A stretch of DNA of 64,000 nucleotides from IMG/VR virus record IMGVR_UViG_3300010885_046411, positions 1 to 64,000 of that record; one strand, 5' to 3'. Below the pieces are notes generated by a model that worked only from the letters and a program-made list of their open reading frames with translations, was not told where the DNA came from and made no database searches. Every line of letters begins with the position of its first letter. Positions within the stretch are counted from its first letter, which is position 1. This document shows, piece by piece, positions 1 to 9,499 of the stretch. Made by a program: the position numbers and the translations under genes. This stretch comes from a virus.

Positions 1-584
1 AGCGTATCCGTCTCTTTATCTACAACGATATTGCCATAGGTCTGTATCACCCACATACGAAATGCTGTCCACGTCTTAAACTGCCTAAGCAATACGATAG
101 CATCAAAGTCTGCTGGCACACGCTTGCTCTCTAGCATCTGCCCATGCAAGTGCGTTTTAAGCCAGTCTAATAACTTCTCATCTTGCATCAAGTGTATGGC
201 AGAGGATATGGCAGGGCAATACACAAACTCATGCTTAAAATGCCTATTACGGGCATCCCACACAAACCCAAATGGCCTGCCCACCTTCGTATGTGTTACA
301 AAGAAAGGCTCAAAGCCATGCCTAAATGATGGCACAATCAGCAGCGACCCGATGGATATGTTAGAGAGTCCGCAGCCTATCTTGAGCATTATCTTATCCT
401 CGGCATCTACTATGTCAGCACGCCTATGCAAGACATCGGCAAGTTCATCTAAGTCCTTGGCTAGTTGCTCAGGGGGGTAGTTGGGGTCTAAGCATAGTTT
501 GCTTAGGTCTGGCGTTGAGTATTGGCCCCAGCGTTGCTCTATAAACGCACTGGCTCTATTAATATCTGTCCTCCTTCTGGCCAT
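1..584 (-). CDS. hypothetical protein (runs off window edge)
   Basis: Manually read frame from ATG 584 (MARRRTDINRASAFIEQRWGQYSTPDLSKL...) stays open to position 1 and overlaps the end of the upstream gene. Not in the ORF track. Confidence 0.7.
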   Translation of the reverse strand, partial: MARRRTDINRASAFIEQRWGQYSTPDLSKLCLDPNYPPEQLAKDLDELADVLHRRADIVDAEDKIMLKIGCGLSNISIGSLLIVPSFRHGFEPFFVTHTKVGRPFGFVWDARNRHFKHEFVYCPAISSAIHLMQDEKLLDWLKTHLHGQMLESKRVPADFDAIVLLRQFKTWTAFRMWVIQTYGNIVVDKETDT

Positions 585-1138
585 TGTAGTCTGTAGTCCC
601 ATTCAGGGCTATTGTTAAAGAATGTTAGCATAGTCTCTTTCTCATCTTCTATAAGCATGGGGAAAGGCATTAGCATCATGTCGGGGCCACTAGCCCCCTC
701 GTCTTTAGCTTCTTTGTAGAGGGATGCCCTTTGCATAATGTCTTTACGGGCCGAAGCCCCAAAGTGTGATTCAAAGAGTTTAAGGTATGCCGTAGCCCTC
801 TTATATTGGATAGAGGGCTGGAGGGTAGTGTCTGTAGCATCGGCCCCATATAGCATTTTGCTGTGCCACTCGGCTAGTCTATTGTACCCTTGCTTGGCAT
901 CGGAGCAGTGCATGTGGCAGAACATCGCCTTTTCGCCATCGCTTAGGCTATCCCAATTTTCAGGCATCTGCCCCGATGCGGCGGCTTTAAGACGTATGTT
1001 CAGGCGGTAGGAAGATAAAACAATACGCGCAGATTCTATGGCGATGGGTATGCGCCATTCGTTTCTGGTCAGGTCTAGCCCTATGTACTTGGACTGCTGC
1101 CCCGTTATTTCAGGGAATAAGGAAAAGCTCTGCGCCAT
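539..1138 (-). CDS. hypothetical protein
   Basis: 199-aa ORF in the leftward operon; TACCTTTA promoter-like element at 1146-1153. Confidence 0.7.
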   Translation of the reverse strand: MAQSFSLFPEITGQQSKYIGLDLTRNEWRIPIAIESARIVLSSYRLNIRLKAAASGQMPENWDSLSDGEKAMFCHMHCSDAKQGYNRLAEWHSKMLYGADATDTTLQPSIQYKRATAYLKLFESHFGASARKDIMQRASLYKEAKDEGASGPDMMLMPFPMLIEDEKETMLTFFNNSPEWDYRLQWPEGGQILIEPVRL

Positions 1139-1246
1139 TGTGCCCTAAAGGTACAAAATTGTTTGTCAGATATCTACACTTTTTTTGCTTTAATTGTCGG
1201 TTGCTTCTATAAAGTTCATGGTGGTGGGGGTTAAGATTGTGAAGGA

Positions 1247-1735
1247 TTAAGCTGAAAGGTTTGATTGTCTCCGCATATTTGCGGTTTGCTCTAGCAGTGC
1301 TAGAAACTGTGGGCTATCGCACTCGGCGATATGATTGTTCTTGCTGGTCGGTATGGCTCGTAATACTATCCACCCCATAGAGGCGGCTGTATTATACTTC
1401 TCACAGTCGGACAGAAAGTGTGCCCCTCGTGTGTGTGCGCCGCCAGAGAAAATGCCGCCCTCAATTTCAACGGCTATCATTAACTCTTGGCAGTATATAT
1501 CCATCCGCCACTTACGCTTTGGATGGAAAGCAAGTTCAACGCCCCACTCAGCCCCCGTAATCTTATTGTATATAGGGATTAGATAGTCGTACTTAGACGC
1601 AACTGCCTTGGGGTCTGGCTTGACCTTGGCTGGCTTCTTAGATACAGCAGCAGCAACTACACGGGCCTTTGCTTTAGGCTCTATGATGCGCCCTGCAATG
1701 GCAGGGTCGTCTGCGCTGAATCGTTTGCCTGCCAT
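1247..1735 (-). CDS. PD-(D/E)XK endonuclease, DUF559/Vsr-like
   Basis: Motif FHPKRKWRMDIY...IAVEIEGG...HTRG...DCEKYN.A...GW.VLR. Confidence 0.8.
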   Translation of the reverse strand: MAGKRFSADDPAIAGRIIEPKAKARVVAAAVSKKPAKVKPDPKAVASKYDYLIPIYNKITGAEWGVELAFHPKRKWRMDIYCQELMIAVEIEGGIFSGGAHTRGAHFLSDCEKYNTAASMGWIVLRAIPTSKNNHIAECDSPQFLALLEQTANMRRQSNLSA

Positions 1736-1744
1736 GTTAGTTGC

Positions 1745-2110
1745 CTAAAGGGTAATGATGTCCACAATCATTTCTGTCCATCGCTCTAAATCTTCGCGTG
1801 TCTTGATATGCTCAACCATATACTCTTGCAGGGTCATAAAGTTGCGTTGCAGTTGAGGGTTGCCAAAGGAGAACCTAGCTATATCGCCTTGGTTGCCCAT
1901 AGCCTCCCAGAAGTCGCTATTTGCCTCTCGTGGCATCTTGCGCTCTGCTAAGGTTATTAGGCTGTTGCAGGCGTTACGTGCTGGTGCTAACGCCATAGCA
2001 ACCTCTCTGTCTAACTTCTCGCCCTTTAGTGCATCTATATAGATAACTACCTGCCCAGCGTGCATGATAGCCATGTGCATCAAGTTTGTGCGCGTCTCTT
2101 GGTCTAACAT
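1745..2110 (-). CDS. hypothetical protein
   Basis: 121-aa ORF abutting both neighbours. Confidence 0.7.
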   Translation of the reverse strand: MLDQETRTNLMHMAIMHAGQVVIYIDALKGEKLDREVAMALAPARNACNSLITLAERKMPREANSDFWEAMGNQGDIARFSFGNPQLQRNFMTLQEYMVEHIKTREDLERWTEMIVDIITL

Positions 2111-2845
2111 CTACTTTTTAGTGGACTTGTATCCTACGTTTTTCATCCAAGGCTCAGGGCAATGTTCAGAGATACCAGCATCCACAAATGCTTGCGCCAA
2201 GATGCCTTGCGTTTCTTTGCTGATGCTGTAATTTGCCGCCTTGCCGATAACATCAGCATAGCCAGACTTACCATCCTTAATGAAGTCAATCATGTGCGTG
2301 AGGGCAGGCTCGTTAAGCCAAGGCTTTTCGGGCGCACTGCTGCTAGATGCTGGCTTAGGAGGGGCGGGGTTGTAGTTGGTTGAGTTGGCAACGGGCTTGC
2401 TGTCGGCCTCCACATCGTCTGCAAATGGTATGCAGAATGTTTGCCCAAGCATATACTTATAGCACGTAGATAATGCCTTTCCAGTGGCCTTATCGCCGCT
2501 ATCGTTGGCCTCGCCAACTAAGATAGCCGTATCTATGAAAGAGCCATCTAATGTGCATAGCAGCGTATATTTCACTGTTATGCGGCAGAAGTTCATGGTT
2601 GTGCGGTTAGAACCTATCTCAAAGGTCTGGTAGTCCTTCTCAATAACGGTAGGGATAACAAGTATCTTGGCTTCCTTTAACTTGTCGTGGAAGTCATTGA
2701 TAACATCGTCTATGCGACGATATTTGTACTTGACTGCGCCATTAGGCGAATCGGCCTTAGCAATCGGCTCCACAAGGCCCATAAGGACTTGTAGTTGCGC
2801 ATAAATGGCAGGAGTTGCGGTGTCTTGTTCTGGTTTAGTTGCCAT
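2111..2845 (-). CDS. ERF-family single-strand annealing protein
   Basis: YKYRRIDDV and GEANDSGDKATGKALSTCYKYML..FCIP signature; adjacent to an exonuclease. Confidence 0.85.
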   Translation of the reverse strand: MATKPEQDTATPAIYAQLQVLMGLVEPIAKADSPNGAVKYKYRRIDDVINDFHDKLKEAKILVIPTVIEKDYQTFEIGSNRTTMNFCRITVKYTLLCTLDGSFIDTAILVGEANDSGDKATGKALSTCYKYMLGQTFCIPFADDVEADSKPVANSTNYNPAPPKPASSSSAPEKPWLNEPALTHMIDFIKDGKSGYADVIGKAANYSISKETQGILAQAFVDAGISEHCPEPWMKNVGYKSTKK

Positions 2846-2920
2846 GTTGGGGGCTTGTTAATTGGTTCTGTAAAGGTACGAAATGGGTCTTGAAAAACTG
2901 AAATCTTGCGTAAGGTTTTG

Positions 2921-3664
2921 TTAAAAAGGCAAAGGATGTTTTACATCTAAGTCTTTGTTGTCCTCTTGCTGCCGTGCAAACCTGTCAGCCCACTTATCTA
3001 TCTGTGGGTAGGCCTCTTGTAGTGCCTGCTCATATAAAGCAAGGTCTGGCATATCCTCTGCATCTAAGTCTAAAAAAACCCAGTGCATAAACAAATCGGC
3101 TTCAATTAGGTTGGGGTCATTGGTGTACCACACAAACAAGCCATACTTAGCCCCCATCATGCGGCAGTGAAAGCATAGTTGATGAGCATATACGGCATCG
3201 TATTCTAATAGACTAGGCCAATCTTCTACGGCAAAGCTATCTAAGAAACGGTCTATGCTAGTAGGGCATTTAATTTCTACACCTACAATTCCATCTTCAT
3301 CATAAGTTTCAAACCATCCATCAGGGCTGTCAAGCATCTTGCCCTTAATGATACACCTATGCTCATAGATAGGCTGCCCCATAGCCTCGCTGGCTGCCGC
3401 CCGTGCAAATGGCTCCATGTCGGTTCCATGCTGCATAGCCTGCTGCGCCCACCTTGTATCGTATCTAGGCACTGGCTTCCCCGTTACCTGCTTATAGGCT
3501 ATATCCCGACACCGTTTATCTCGTGCATCGGTAAACAACTCGCCTATAACGCTGCCCGTTATATCGGCGGCGTTTCTGGCAGCATACCATTCTTCGGTAT
3601 GCTGTGCGGGGCCAAGTATTGTACCCTCTAAGTGCGGGAACCCGTCTGTGTAAATGATGCTCAT
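2921..3664 (-). CDS. YqaJ/lambda-exonuclease family recombinase
   Basis: QHTEEWYAAR, ITGS, AMQHGTDMEP, SPDG, EIKCP, Y..Q motifs. Confidence 0.88.
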   Translation of the reverse strand: MSIIYTDGFPHLEGTILGPAQHTEEWYAARNAADITGSVIGELFTDARDKRCRDIAYKQVTGKPVPRYDTRWAQQAMQHGTDMEPFARAAASEAMGQPIYEHRCIIKGKMLDSPDGWFETYDEDGIVGVEIKCPTSIDRFLDSFAVEDWPSLLEYDAVYAHQLCFHCRMMGAKYGLFVWYTNDPNLIEADLFMHWVFLDLDAEDMPDLALYEQALQEAYPQIDKWADRFARQQEDNKDLDVKHPLPF

Positions 3665-3666
3665 GT

Positions 3667-4179
3667 CTAAAATGCGTTAAGAACTTTTTGAATATGATGC
3701 GCTTGGCACAAGGATTTTATTGCCTCTCCATCAACTTTTAAATAACGCACCTTGTCTTCGGGGAATTGATATTTACACCCGCCTGCCCCAATGTTTATCC
3801 AATAACGCCCTGTCCCTTGCTCTGCAAAGAACCCAACACTACCCTTCTCTTGCTTCCATTCTAGCGGCTTAATCGCCGCACGGATTTGGTCTAGGGTTGG
3901 CGTTTCTATGTTAATAAGATGTTGGGCAATAGGCTTACCTGCTGGTGTAAGATAGTCTTGAGACGATAATTTCAAGCCATGCTCTGCCAAAGCCTCGCGA
4001 ATTTCTCTTATCGTTTTTCGCCCTATATTTCTAAACCTCAACAAGTCGGCTTCTGAAAGATGTGCTACTTCGCTTGCCTTACCTTCCCATCCAAAAAAAC
4101 TTACAAGAGGGGTTCTAGCACGAGTGCTTAACCCTAAGTGTTTAATAAGCACAGTCTCAGGCTTAGATACATTCTCCAT
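3667..4179 (-). CDS. RNA polymerase alpha-CTD-like domain protein
   Basis: LGLSTRA...SEADLLRFRNIGRKTIREIREALAEHGLKL matches the RpoA C-terminal domain pattern. Confidence 0.75.
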   Translation of the reverse strand: MENVSKPETVLIKHLGLSTRARTPLVSFFGWEGKASEVAHLSEADLLRFRNIGRKTIREIREALAEHGLKLSSQDYLTPAGKPIAQHLINIETPTLDQIRAAIKPLEWKQEKGSVGFFAEQGTGRYWINIGAGGCKYQFPEDKVRYLKVDGEAIKSLCQAHHIQKVLNAF

Positions 4180-4181
4180 GT

Positions 4182-4412
4182 CTATACAGGCAGTTTAAGT
4201 GAGTAAAAAGGCTCCAGTGTCAGCCCATTGCGCACCCCGCTAAGGGATAGCACTCTGTTTTCTTGGGCATAGGTAAGCACGACCACATCGTCCATCTCGG
4301 CACATAGCCGTGTCTGGAGGATTAGCAGGCTTTCTTTCGTGTAAGCCTTTGTGAGCTTAAACTTTTTTGCCAACCCAATTAGGTAGGCATCTAGGGGCGA
4401 TGATGCAATCAT
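4182..4412 (-). CDS. hypothetical protein
   Basis: Probable start ATG 4412 (MIASSPLDAY), coupled by ATGA to the upstream small ORF. Confidence 0.6.
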   Translation of the reverse strand: MIASSPLDAYLIGLAKKFKLTKAYTKESLLILQTRLCAEMDDVVVLTYAQENRVLSLSGVRNGLTLEPFYSLKLPV

Positions 4413-4516
4413 AGTGAGATAAAAACAAGTAAAGTGGCTACGGAACCTATCACGGCCCCTGCAAACAGGCAACCCATGATAAGGCGAAAAATCTCTAAGG
4501 GGGTGTAGGGGGTCAT
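4409..4516 (-). CDS. 35-aa single-pass membrane peptide
   Basis: MTPYTPLEIFRLIMGCLFAGAVIGSVATLLVFISL; fills the operon gap exactly. Confidence 0.55.
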   Translation of the reverse strand: MTPYTPLEIFRLIMGCLFAGAVIGSVATLLVFISL

Positions 4517-4519
4517 TGG

Positions 4520-4852
4520 TTAGAGAGTCGGTGGCGGGGTTGCGTAACGCCAATAGCGATTGCCAGAATAGAAGTGCGTAAAATCTGTAGGGTCTGTGAA
4601 CATCACAAAACACCTATTTGAAAAATCGTCTCCGTCTATGACTTCAACAAGACAAAACGAATCTGGCATTGTGCCGCCCTTGCTAATCTTCACCCAAGGA
4701 TTCTTTTCAGGTTCGGGGGCATAAAGGCGGTCTAAGGCTTCGTCAAGTGCCTGCCACTCCGAATCGCTATTCCACGCCCTAGATGCAACGTATTCCACAG
4801 ATACAATAAGCGACATCAATTCTTCCTTTGTCGGTCTCGGTTGCTTGTCCAT
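4520..4852 (-). CDS. hypothetical protein
   Basis: Probable start ATG 4852 (MDKQPRPTKEE); NPWVKIS..MP motif common in phage proteins. Confidence 0.6.
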   Translation of the reverse strand: MDKQPRPTKEELMSLIVSVEYVASRAWNSDSEWQALDEALDRLYAPEPEKNPWVKISKGGTMPDSFCLVEVIDGDDFSNRCFVMFTDPTDFTHFYSGNRYWRYATPPPTL

Positions 4853-4853
4853 A

Positions 4854-5003
4854 TTAGTAAATGCGTTCGTCGGGGTTTTGGGATAGGTAGTCTTCCTCGG
4901 CCTGCTGCTGTTCAAGCCAGCAGCCCCACATATAGTCCTCATCCACATGGTCTGGGGCAGCAGGGGTATCGGAGGATTCAAAAGCTAATTCTTGTGCGCT
5001 CAT
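4854..5003 (-). CDS. 49-aa acidic peptide
   Basis: MSAQELAFESSDTPAAPDHVDEDYMWGCWLEQQQAEEDYLSQNPDERIY; first ORF after the promoter at 5029. Confidence 0.55.
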   Translation of the reverse strand: MSAQELAFESSDTPAAPDHVDEDYMWGCWLEQQQAEEDYLSQNPDERIY

Positions 5004-5028
5004 GGTTTGATTGGCTAATTGTACACCA

Positions 5029-5036
5029 CAAAAGTA
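5029..5036 (-). promoter_or_regulatory. Bacteroidota -7 promoter element TACTTTTG
   Basis: Exact TAnnTTTG upstream of the leftward recombination operon. Confidence 0.65.
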
Positions 5037-5257
5037 CCTAGCCCATACAGCCCAAATACTTGCTTTTTACAGAAAATCTTACATGGGCATCCCTTAGCCG
5101 CTTCTTTATCTTTGATGCCCCATTTGCCCATAACAGATACGACCTTAACCGTATATGCCTTACGCCGCCCACAAAAGCCATCACTTTAATACACCCACAG
5201 CCTTACATTATGCTTTTTTACTTTAGGCCATGCTTGTCTCAAGGCACCTCCCTATCC

Positions 5258-5265
5258 TACCTTTG
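5258..5265 (+). promoter_or_regulatory. -7 element TACCTTTG
   Basis: 6 nt upstream of the primase ATG at 5272. Confidence 0.6.
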
Positions 5266-5271
5266 ACATCT

Positions 5272-7275
5272 ATGGCCCTTTTTAATTCCTTTGAAGAGGC
5301 TGGCATTGATGCCACAAGTTTCAAAAAACAAGCACCTCACCATATCATTTGCCCTAAGTGCGGGGCCGACCGCAAGAAAGCCAAAGAGCCATCCCTACGT
5401 GTATGGCCCAAAGAGGGGCTATTTAAGTGCTATAACTGCGAATTTAGGGGCAAGATTAAAGACCCCAACTTTAATATAGTCTATCAGAAGCCCCACAAAA
5501 GCTATAAAAAGCCACACATACCCGAAACGCCGCCACCGCTTACCCCCGCCGCATCTACATGGTTAGCCTCTCGTGCTATATCAGAAGATACCGCCTATGC
5601 GTATGGCCTATACTCTACTGAAAGGTACTTTCCTTACCCCAAAGAATACGTTGCCTCTGATGGCACTACAAAAACCCGCGATAAGGGGCTATCCTCATGT
5701 ATAGCCTTCCCATACATGACCCCCGACTATGAGTGTCTATTTATTCAGTATCGGGATGCCATCAAGCGGTTTGTGGTTGAGGCCGATTGCCAACTAATAC
5801 CTTTTGGGATGCACATAGCCGCCCACTATGGCGGCTTAAAGGATAAGAACGACCGCCCGAACTCTGCCCTTATATGGACAGAGGGGCAACTAGATTGTAT
5901 GAGCCTCTATGAGGCTGGCTGTGGCAACGTAGTCTCTGTGCCGAATGGTTCGCAGCAGTCCCCTCAACTAGAATGGCTAGACGATGTACAGGACTTTGTA
6001 GGGCTATTTACAACGCATATCCTATGCCTTGACGATGATAGTGCAGGGCTGCCCCTAAAGAAGGAACTGATGCGCCGCCTCGGTGCCTCACGCTGCAAGG
6101 TTGTTCACTACCCCAAAGATGCTAAGGGGCAACACCAACTAGCCAAAGATGGCAGGCCCATGAAAGATGCCAATGCCGTACTCACTACGCTAGGGGCACA
6201 AGGGCTGAAAGACTTGATTGAAAAGGCCGACTTTGAGCCTATGGTTTCCTTTTACTCTAAGGAGTACCTGCTAGAGAAAATGATGCAGGTAGGCGATAGG
6301 GGTATAGATGGCGGGGCTACATTGGGCTGGCCTGAATTTGATGAGTATCTACGGTTTTCTTTTGAAAGGGTTACGGCCATTTCTGGCACCCCCAACGCTG
6401 GCAAGTCAGATTTTGTAGACCAAATTGCTATAATCTTAAACCGTAAGCATGGCTGGAAGGGTAGTTTTCATAGCCCTGAGAAAGACTACATCTTGCAACT
6501 AGGCACCCTTGCCGCCAAGCTAAATTCTAAGCCTTATTTCAACTTTGCGCATGTGCCAGGGGATAGACACTCGGTAGCCTATACGAAAGAAGAACAAGTG
6601 AAGGCGATAGATTACCTGACTGATAACTTTTATTTTTTCAATCCTACATCGGCGCAGCTAACCTACCAGCAAGTGATAGAGGACTGGCGCAGTTTGGTAC
6701 AGCGATATGGCATACGCTTTGCAGTGCTAGACCCGTACAACTACTTGCGCATGGATGAAAAAGACGAGGCTATGTTCATTAAGAAGATGCTGATTGCTTT
6801 CAAGGATGCGGCAAGGGAGTTGCAGATACACGTATTTATTGTGGCCCACCCCACTAAGGCAGGTAAGATAGACCCGAAGGGGGGCTTATATAGCATTGCT
6901 GGCTCGGCCCACTGGGCGAACTCGGTAGATAACTTTATATGGCTGTATAGGCACATAGGGGAAGGCAGAGGGCAGGGGTATGGGGATAATACAGAGGTGT
7001 TTGTCCACAAGCTACGGAATCAGCAATTTGAGGGTAGGCTTACGGGGGAAGATGGCATAATGCTGTCGTACAAAATGAATACTGGTGAGTTTGATGTAGC
7101 CAGCAACCGCCCTGCGATTGCGGCCCCGCCGCCGCCCAAGACTATGTACACCCCCAAGAATACCTATGGTAGGAATACGGGCGTAGTGTATGACCAAGAG
7201 CAAACCATAAAAGCATTTTATGCGGAGGTGCCACAGTTGGCGGCATCTTTAGATGCGGAGGGGTTGCCGTTTTAG
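5272..7275 (+). CDS. bifunctional Toprim primase / SF4 helicase (T7 gp4/Twinkle-like)
   Basis: Zn ribbon CPKC..CYNC; Toprim TEGQLD, SVPNG, DDDSAG, KDAN; Walker A GTPNAGKS; Walker B VLDPYN; VAHPTK. Confidence 0.93.
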   Translation: MALFNSFEEAGIDATSFKKQAPHHIICPKCGADRKKAKEPSLRVWPKEGLFKCYNCEFRGKIKDPNFNIVYQKPHKSYKKPHIPETPPPLTPAASTWLASRAISEDTAYAYGLYSTERYFPYPKEYVASDGTTKTRDKGLSSCIAFPYMTPDYECLFIQYRDAIKRFVVEADCQLIPFGMHIAAHYGGLKDKNDRPNSALIWTEGQLDCMSLYEAGCGNVVSVPNGSQQSPQLEWLDDVQDFVGLFTTHILCLDDDSAGLPLKKELMRRLGASRCKVVHYPKDAKGQHQLAKDGRPMKDANAVLTTLGAQGLKDLIEKADFEPMVSFYSKEYLLEKMMQVGDRGIDGGATLGWPEFDEYLRFSFERVTAISGTPNAGKSDFVDQIAIILNRKHGWKGSFHSPEKDYILQLGTLAAKLNSKPYFNFAHVPGDRHSVAYTKEEQVKAIDYLTDNFYFFNPTSAQLTYQQVIEDWRSLVQRYGIRFAVLDPYNYLRMDEKDEAMFIKKMLIAFKDAARELQIHVFIVAHPTKAGKIDPKGGLYSIAGSAHWANSVDNFIWLYRHIGEGRGQGYGDNTEVFVHKLRNQQFEGRLTGEDGIMLSYKMNTGEFDVASNRPAIAAPPPPKTMYTPKNTYGRNTGVVYDQEQTIKAFYAEVPQLAASLDAEGLPF

Positions 7276-7282
7276 AGGGTAC

Positions 7283-7310
7283 AAAAAGAGGGCTAGAAGC
7301 CCTCATTTTT
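7283..7310. terminator. bidirectional intrinsic terminator
   Basis: AAAAA-GAGGGCT-aga-AGCCCTC-ATTTTT between convergent genes. Confidence 0.75.
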
Positions 7311-7347
7311 GTAAAAATAATTAACACCTTTTAACGCAAAATTCACA

Positions 7348-7632
7348 CTATTTCTTTAAAGCCTCTAGGGCTTGGAATACTTGGTCTTTGGTTGCGCTGC
7401 CCTGAAAGAGCGTGTCGGTCAGGGCTACACAGCCTTGTTCTTTGAGCCACTTGCGTAACTTCATAAGACGTTGCAAGGATAGGGCCATGATGGAAGGGTA
7501 GGATAGGCCAGACTTGGCACAACGGCGTATAGATGAAGGGGTGGGGTTGCTCACCCTTATCATATATTCGGTGCTGTCTGCCTTCGGCTTGTAATGCTCA
7601 ATGCACTTAACTAGCGGGTCTTTGGGTGTCAT
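7348..7632 (-). CDS. hypothetical early protein
   Basis: Part of the leftward small-gene array. Confidence 0.65.
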   Translation of the reverse strand: MTPKDPLVKCIEHYKPKADSTEYMIRVSNPTPSSIRRCAKSGLSYPSIMALSLQRLMKLRKWLKEQGCVALTDTLFQGSATKDQVFQALEALKK

Positions 7633-7647
7633 GTTACGTGGTGGGGG

Positions 7648-7917
7648 TTAAAAGGGCTGAATTAAAAGGGTATTGGTACGCTTGTCAAAGAAGCCAACTT
7701 GGCTGTTGTAAAATGTCAGCAACTCCCGTGCAATCACGGTTAAGTGGCTGATAGGTAATTTGCCCGTCTCGTTTAGAGGTACGGGTATAGTGCCCTTTGG
7801 CAACGTCTGTGTGTAGCTTTGGCACTCGGTATGTGTGATGCGTAAAAGCATGGTTAGGCGGGTGGGGTTAAAGCGAACGGTTGTAATTTCGGTAATGCTC
7901 ATTTTGTTTGGCTGCAT
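7648..7917 (-). CDS. hypothetical early protein
   Basis: Array member. Confidence 0.6.
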   Translation of the reverse strand: MQPNKMSITEITTVRFNPTRLTMLLRITHTECQSYTQTLPKGTIPVPLNETGKLPISHLTVIARELLTFYNSQVGFFDKRTNTLLIQPF

Positions 7918-7996
7918 TGTAGGCTCTTAGCATAATAGCCAATAGCAGTGGTGAAAAGACTAGGGCCGTTGCCCAAAAGAGAAAGGTGTACATAGG

Positions 7997-8533
7997 CTAT
8001 GGGTGGGTGGCTTTAAAATGCTCCCAATCTTCGGCCTCACGCTCGGCCTTGTCTTTGGCATCTGAGTTTGCGGATTCAAGAAAGGCAAGCACATCCGTTT
8101 CCATGTCTGCCCAGCTTATATCCTTGCCCATTGCCGCCGTTAGTTGGGTGGCTATGGCATCGGCAATATAGTCTCCCAAATCGCCAGCCTCGTTAAGGGC
8201 TTCAAATTCGGGGGCTGCGCCGCCGCAAAGGTCTTCCAAAAGTTCTTCAGCCCCGTCATAAAAAGCAAGCACAAGGCTCTCGTATTCAATGTGCCTGTGG
8301 GTTGGCACGTCTAGTATGCTCTCAATCACAGATGAACTATGACCGCCGCCAGCAAGCGAATAAGTATCTACGGCCTCTATGCGAGCATAGTCGTTAAAGG
8401 CAGTTGTGTACCATTGGCCTTCCTTGCCTTTGATAATGAGTTTAAATTTGATGCCGTTTGTTGTGCGAACGGTTTGGCCTGAGCGCAGTTGCTCTTGGGT
8501 GGGGTAAATGGTTGGGGGTATTTGCGCGTTCAT
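7997..8533 (-). CDS. hypothetical protein with acidic C-terminus
   Basis: 178 aa; D/E-rich second half. Confidence 0.7.
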   Translation of the reverse strand: MNAQIPPTIYPTQEQLRSGQTVRTTNGIKFKLIIKGKEGQWYTTAFNDYARIEAVDTYSLAGGGHSSSVIESILDVPTHRHIEYESLVLAFYDGAEELLEDLCGGAAPEFEALNEAGDLGDYIADAIATQLTAAMGKDISWADMETDVLAFLESANSDAKDKAEREAEDWEHFKATHP

Positions 8534-8557
8534 GGGGTGGGGTGTTAAGTGGATGAA

Positions 8558-8938
8558 TTAAGAAAGAATGGCTACGGCCTGCATAAGCGGTGCGCCAGAC
8601 CATTTGCCTAGCCTCACTGCCTTCCCTAGTGGGGCTAATGCTTCACTGGCTACGGCCTCGGTTACAATTCTACGCTCTACTAGAGAGCGCACAAACCGTA
8701 ATTCTAGGTGTCTAGCGGCTGCGCTGTTAAACGCATTGCCGTTAAAGGCAGTTGTATATACCTTACACTTGGCTGCGGCCTGTATGGCCTTTGCTAGGGT
8801 AGAGGTGCTAGGGTCTTGTTCGCATCGTTCGGATGCCTTGCGCCATTCTTGCATGGCGGGTTCGTATGCACATGCCTGCACGGCCTCTGTGTAGAGCGTG
8901 TCTAGGATTGCTTCGGCTTGGTCTGCTTGGATGGTCAT
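8558..8938 (-). CDS. hypothetical early protein
   Basis: Array member. Confidence 0.65.
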   Translation of the reverse strand: MTIQADQAEAILDTLYTEAVQACAYEPAMQEWRKASERCEQDPSTSTLAKAIQAAAKCKVYTTAFNGNAFNSAAARHLELRFVRSLVERRIVTEAVASEALAPLGKAVRLGKWSGAPLMQAVAILS

Positions 8939-8941
8939 AGC

Positions 8942-9145
8942 TTAGTCTTCTGAAATATCGTCTGGGTGCGTTACGTTGTAACCTTCTTGCTCTAAGAAAT
9001 CAACGGCAAGAGAGCGCATATCGAAGTATGCCTGCCTTTCTGGGGGCGATAATTCATTTGGGCTTTTATCCCCCAAACTATCTACACAGTCTCGGAAGTC
9101 TGCAAGGGTGTTTTGCCAACGGCAATAAGACATATTGTGTGCCAT
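8942..9145 (-). CDS. small phage protein
   Basis: NMSYCRWQNTLADFRDC N-terminus resembles a widespread phage small-protein family. Confidence 0.7.
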   Translation of the reverse strand: MAHNMSYCRWQNTLADFRDCVDSLGDKSPNELSPPERQAYFDMRSLAVDFLEQEGYNVTHPDDISED

Positions 9146-9146
9146 A

Positions 9147-9284
9147 TTATCTGTGGGTTGCGCCCCGATACACGGGGCAAGTGGGTGAATAAAGGGGTTG
9201 AAAGGCGGTGCAGCTTGCTAGGGCAACGGCGGCGGCTAGGATGGCCGCGTACATGGTGAGGCGGTATATTGTGCGCGGTTGCAT
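9147..9284 (-). CDS. 45-aa lipoprotein
   Basis: MQPRTIYRLTMYAAILAAAVALAS-C-TAFQPLYSPTCPVYRGATHR; lipobox LASC; fills the gap exactly. Confidence 0.65.
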   Translation of the reverse strand: MQPRTIYRLTMYAAILAAAVALASCTAFQPLYSPTCPVYRGATHR

Positions 9285-9286
9285 TG

Positions 9287-9499
9287 CTAGTTGCGCTTTT
9301 GTTGAATGTTGCTCATGCTTGAAATACTTGGGTTGTATCGGTGATACTTACCAATAGGACTTTGAACTAATGCCCGACCAAAACAAACATCTAGCAATGT
9401 GCCATAATAGTTTGTAAGTTGGCCCGATACGGTTTGGTGCCATTCAATCTCTTTGCCGATAAGGCTTTCTAAAAGCTCAATTTTGTCTAGCGTACTCAT
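9287..9499 (-). CDS. hypothetical early protein
   Basis: Array member with ATGA coupling. Confidence 0.6.
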   Translation of the reverse strand: MSTLDKIELLESLIGKEIEWHQTVSGQLTNYYGTLLDVCFGRALVQSPIGKYHRYNPSISSMSNIQQKRN

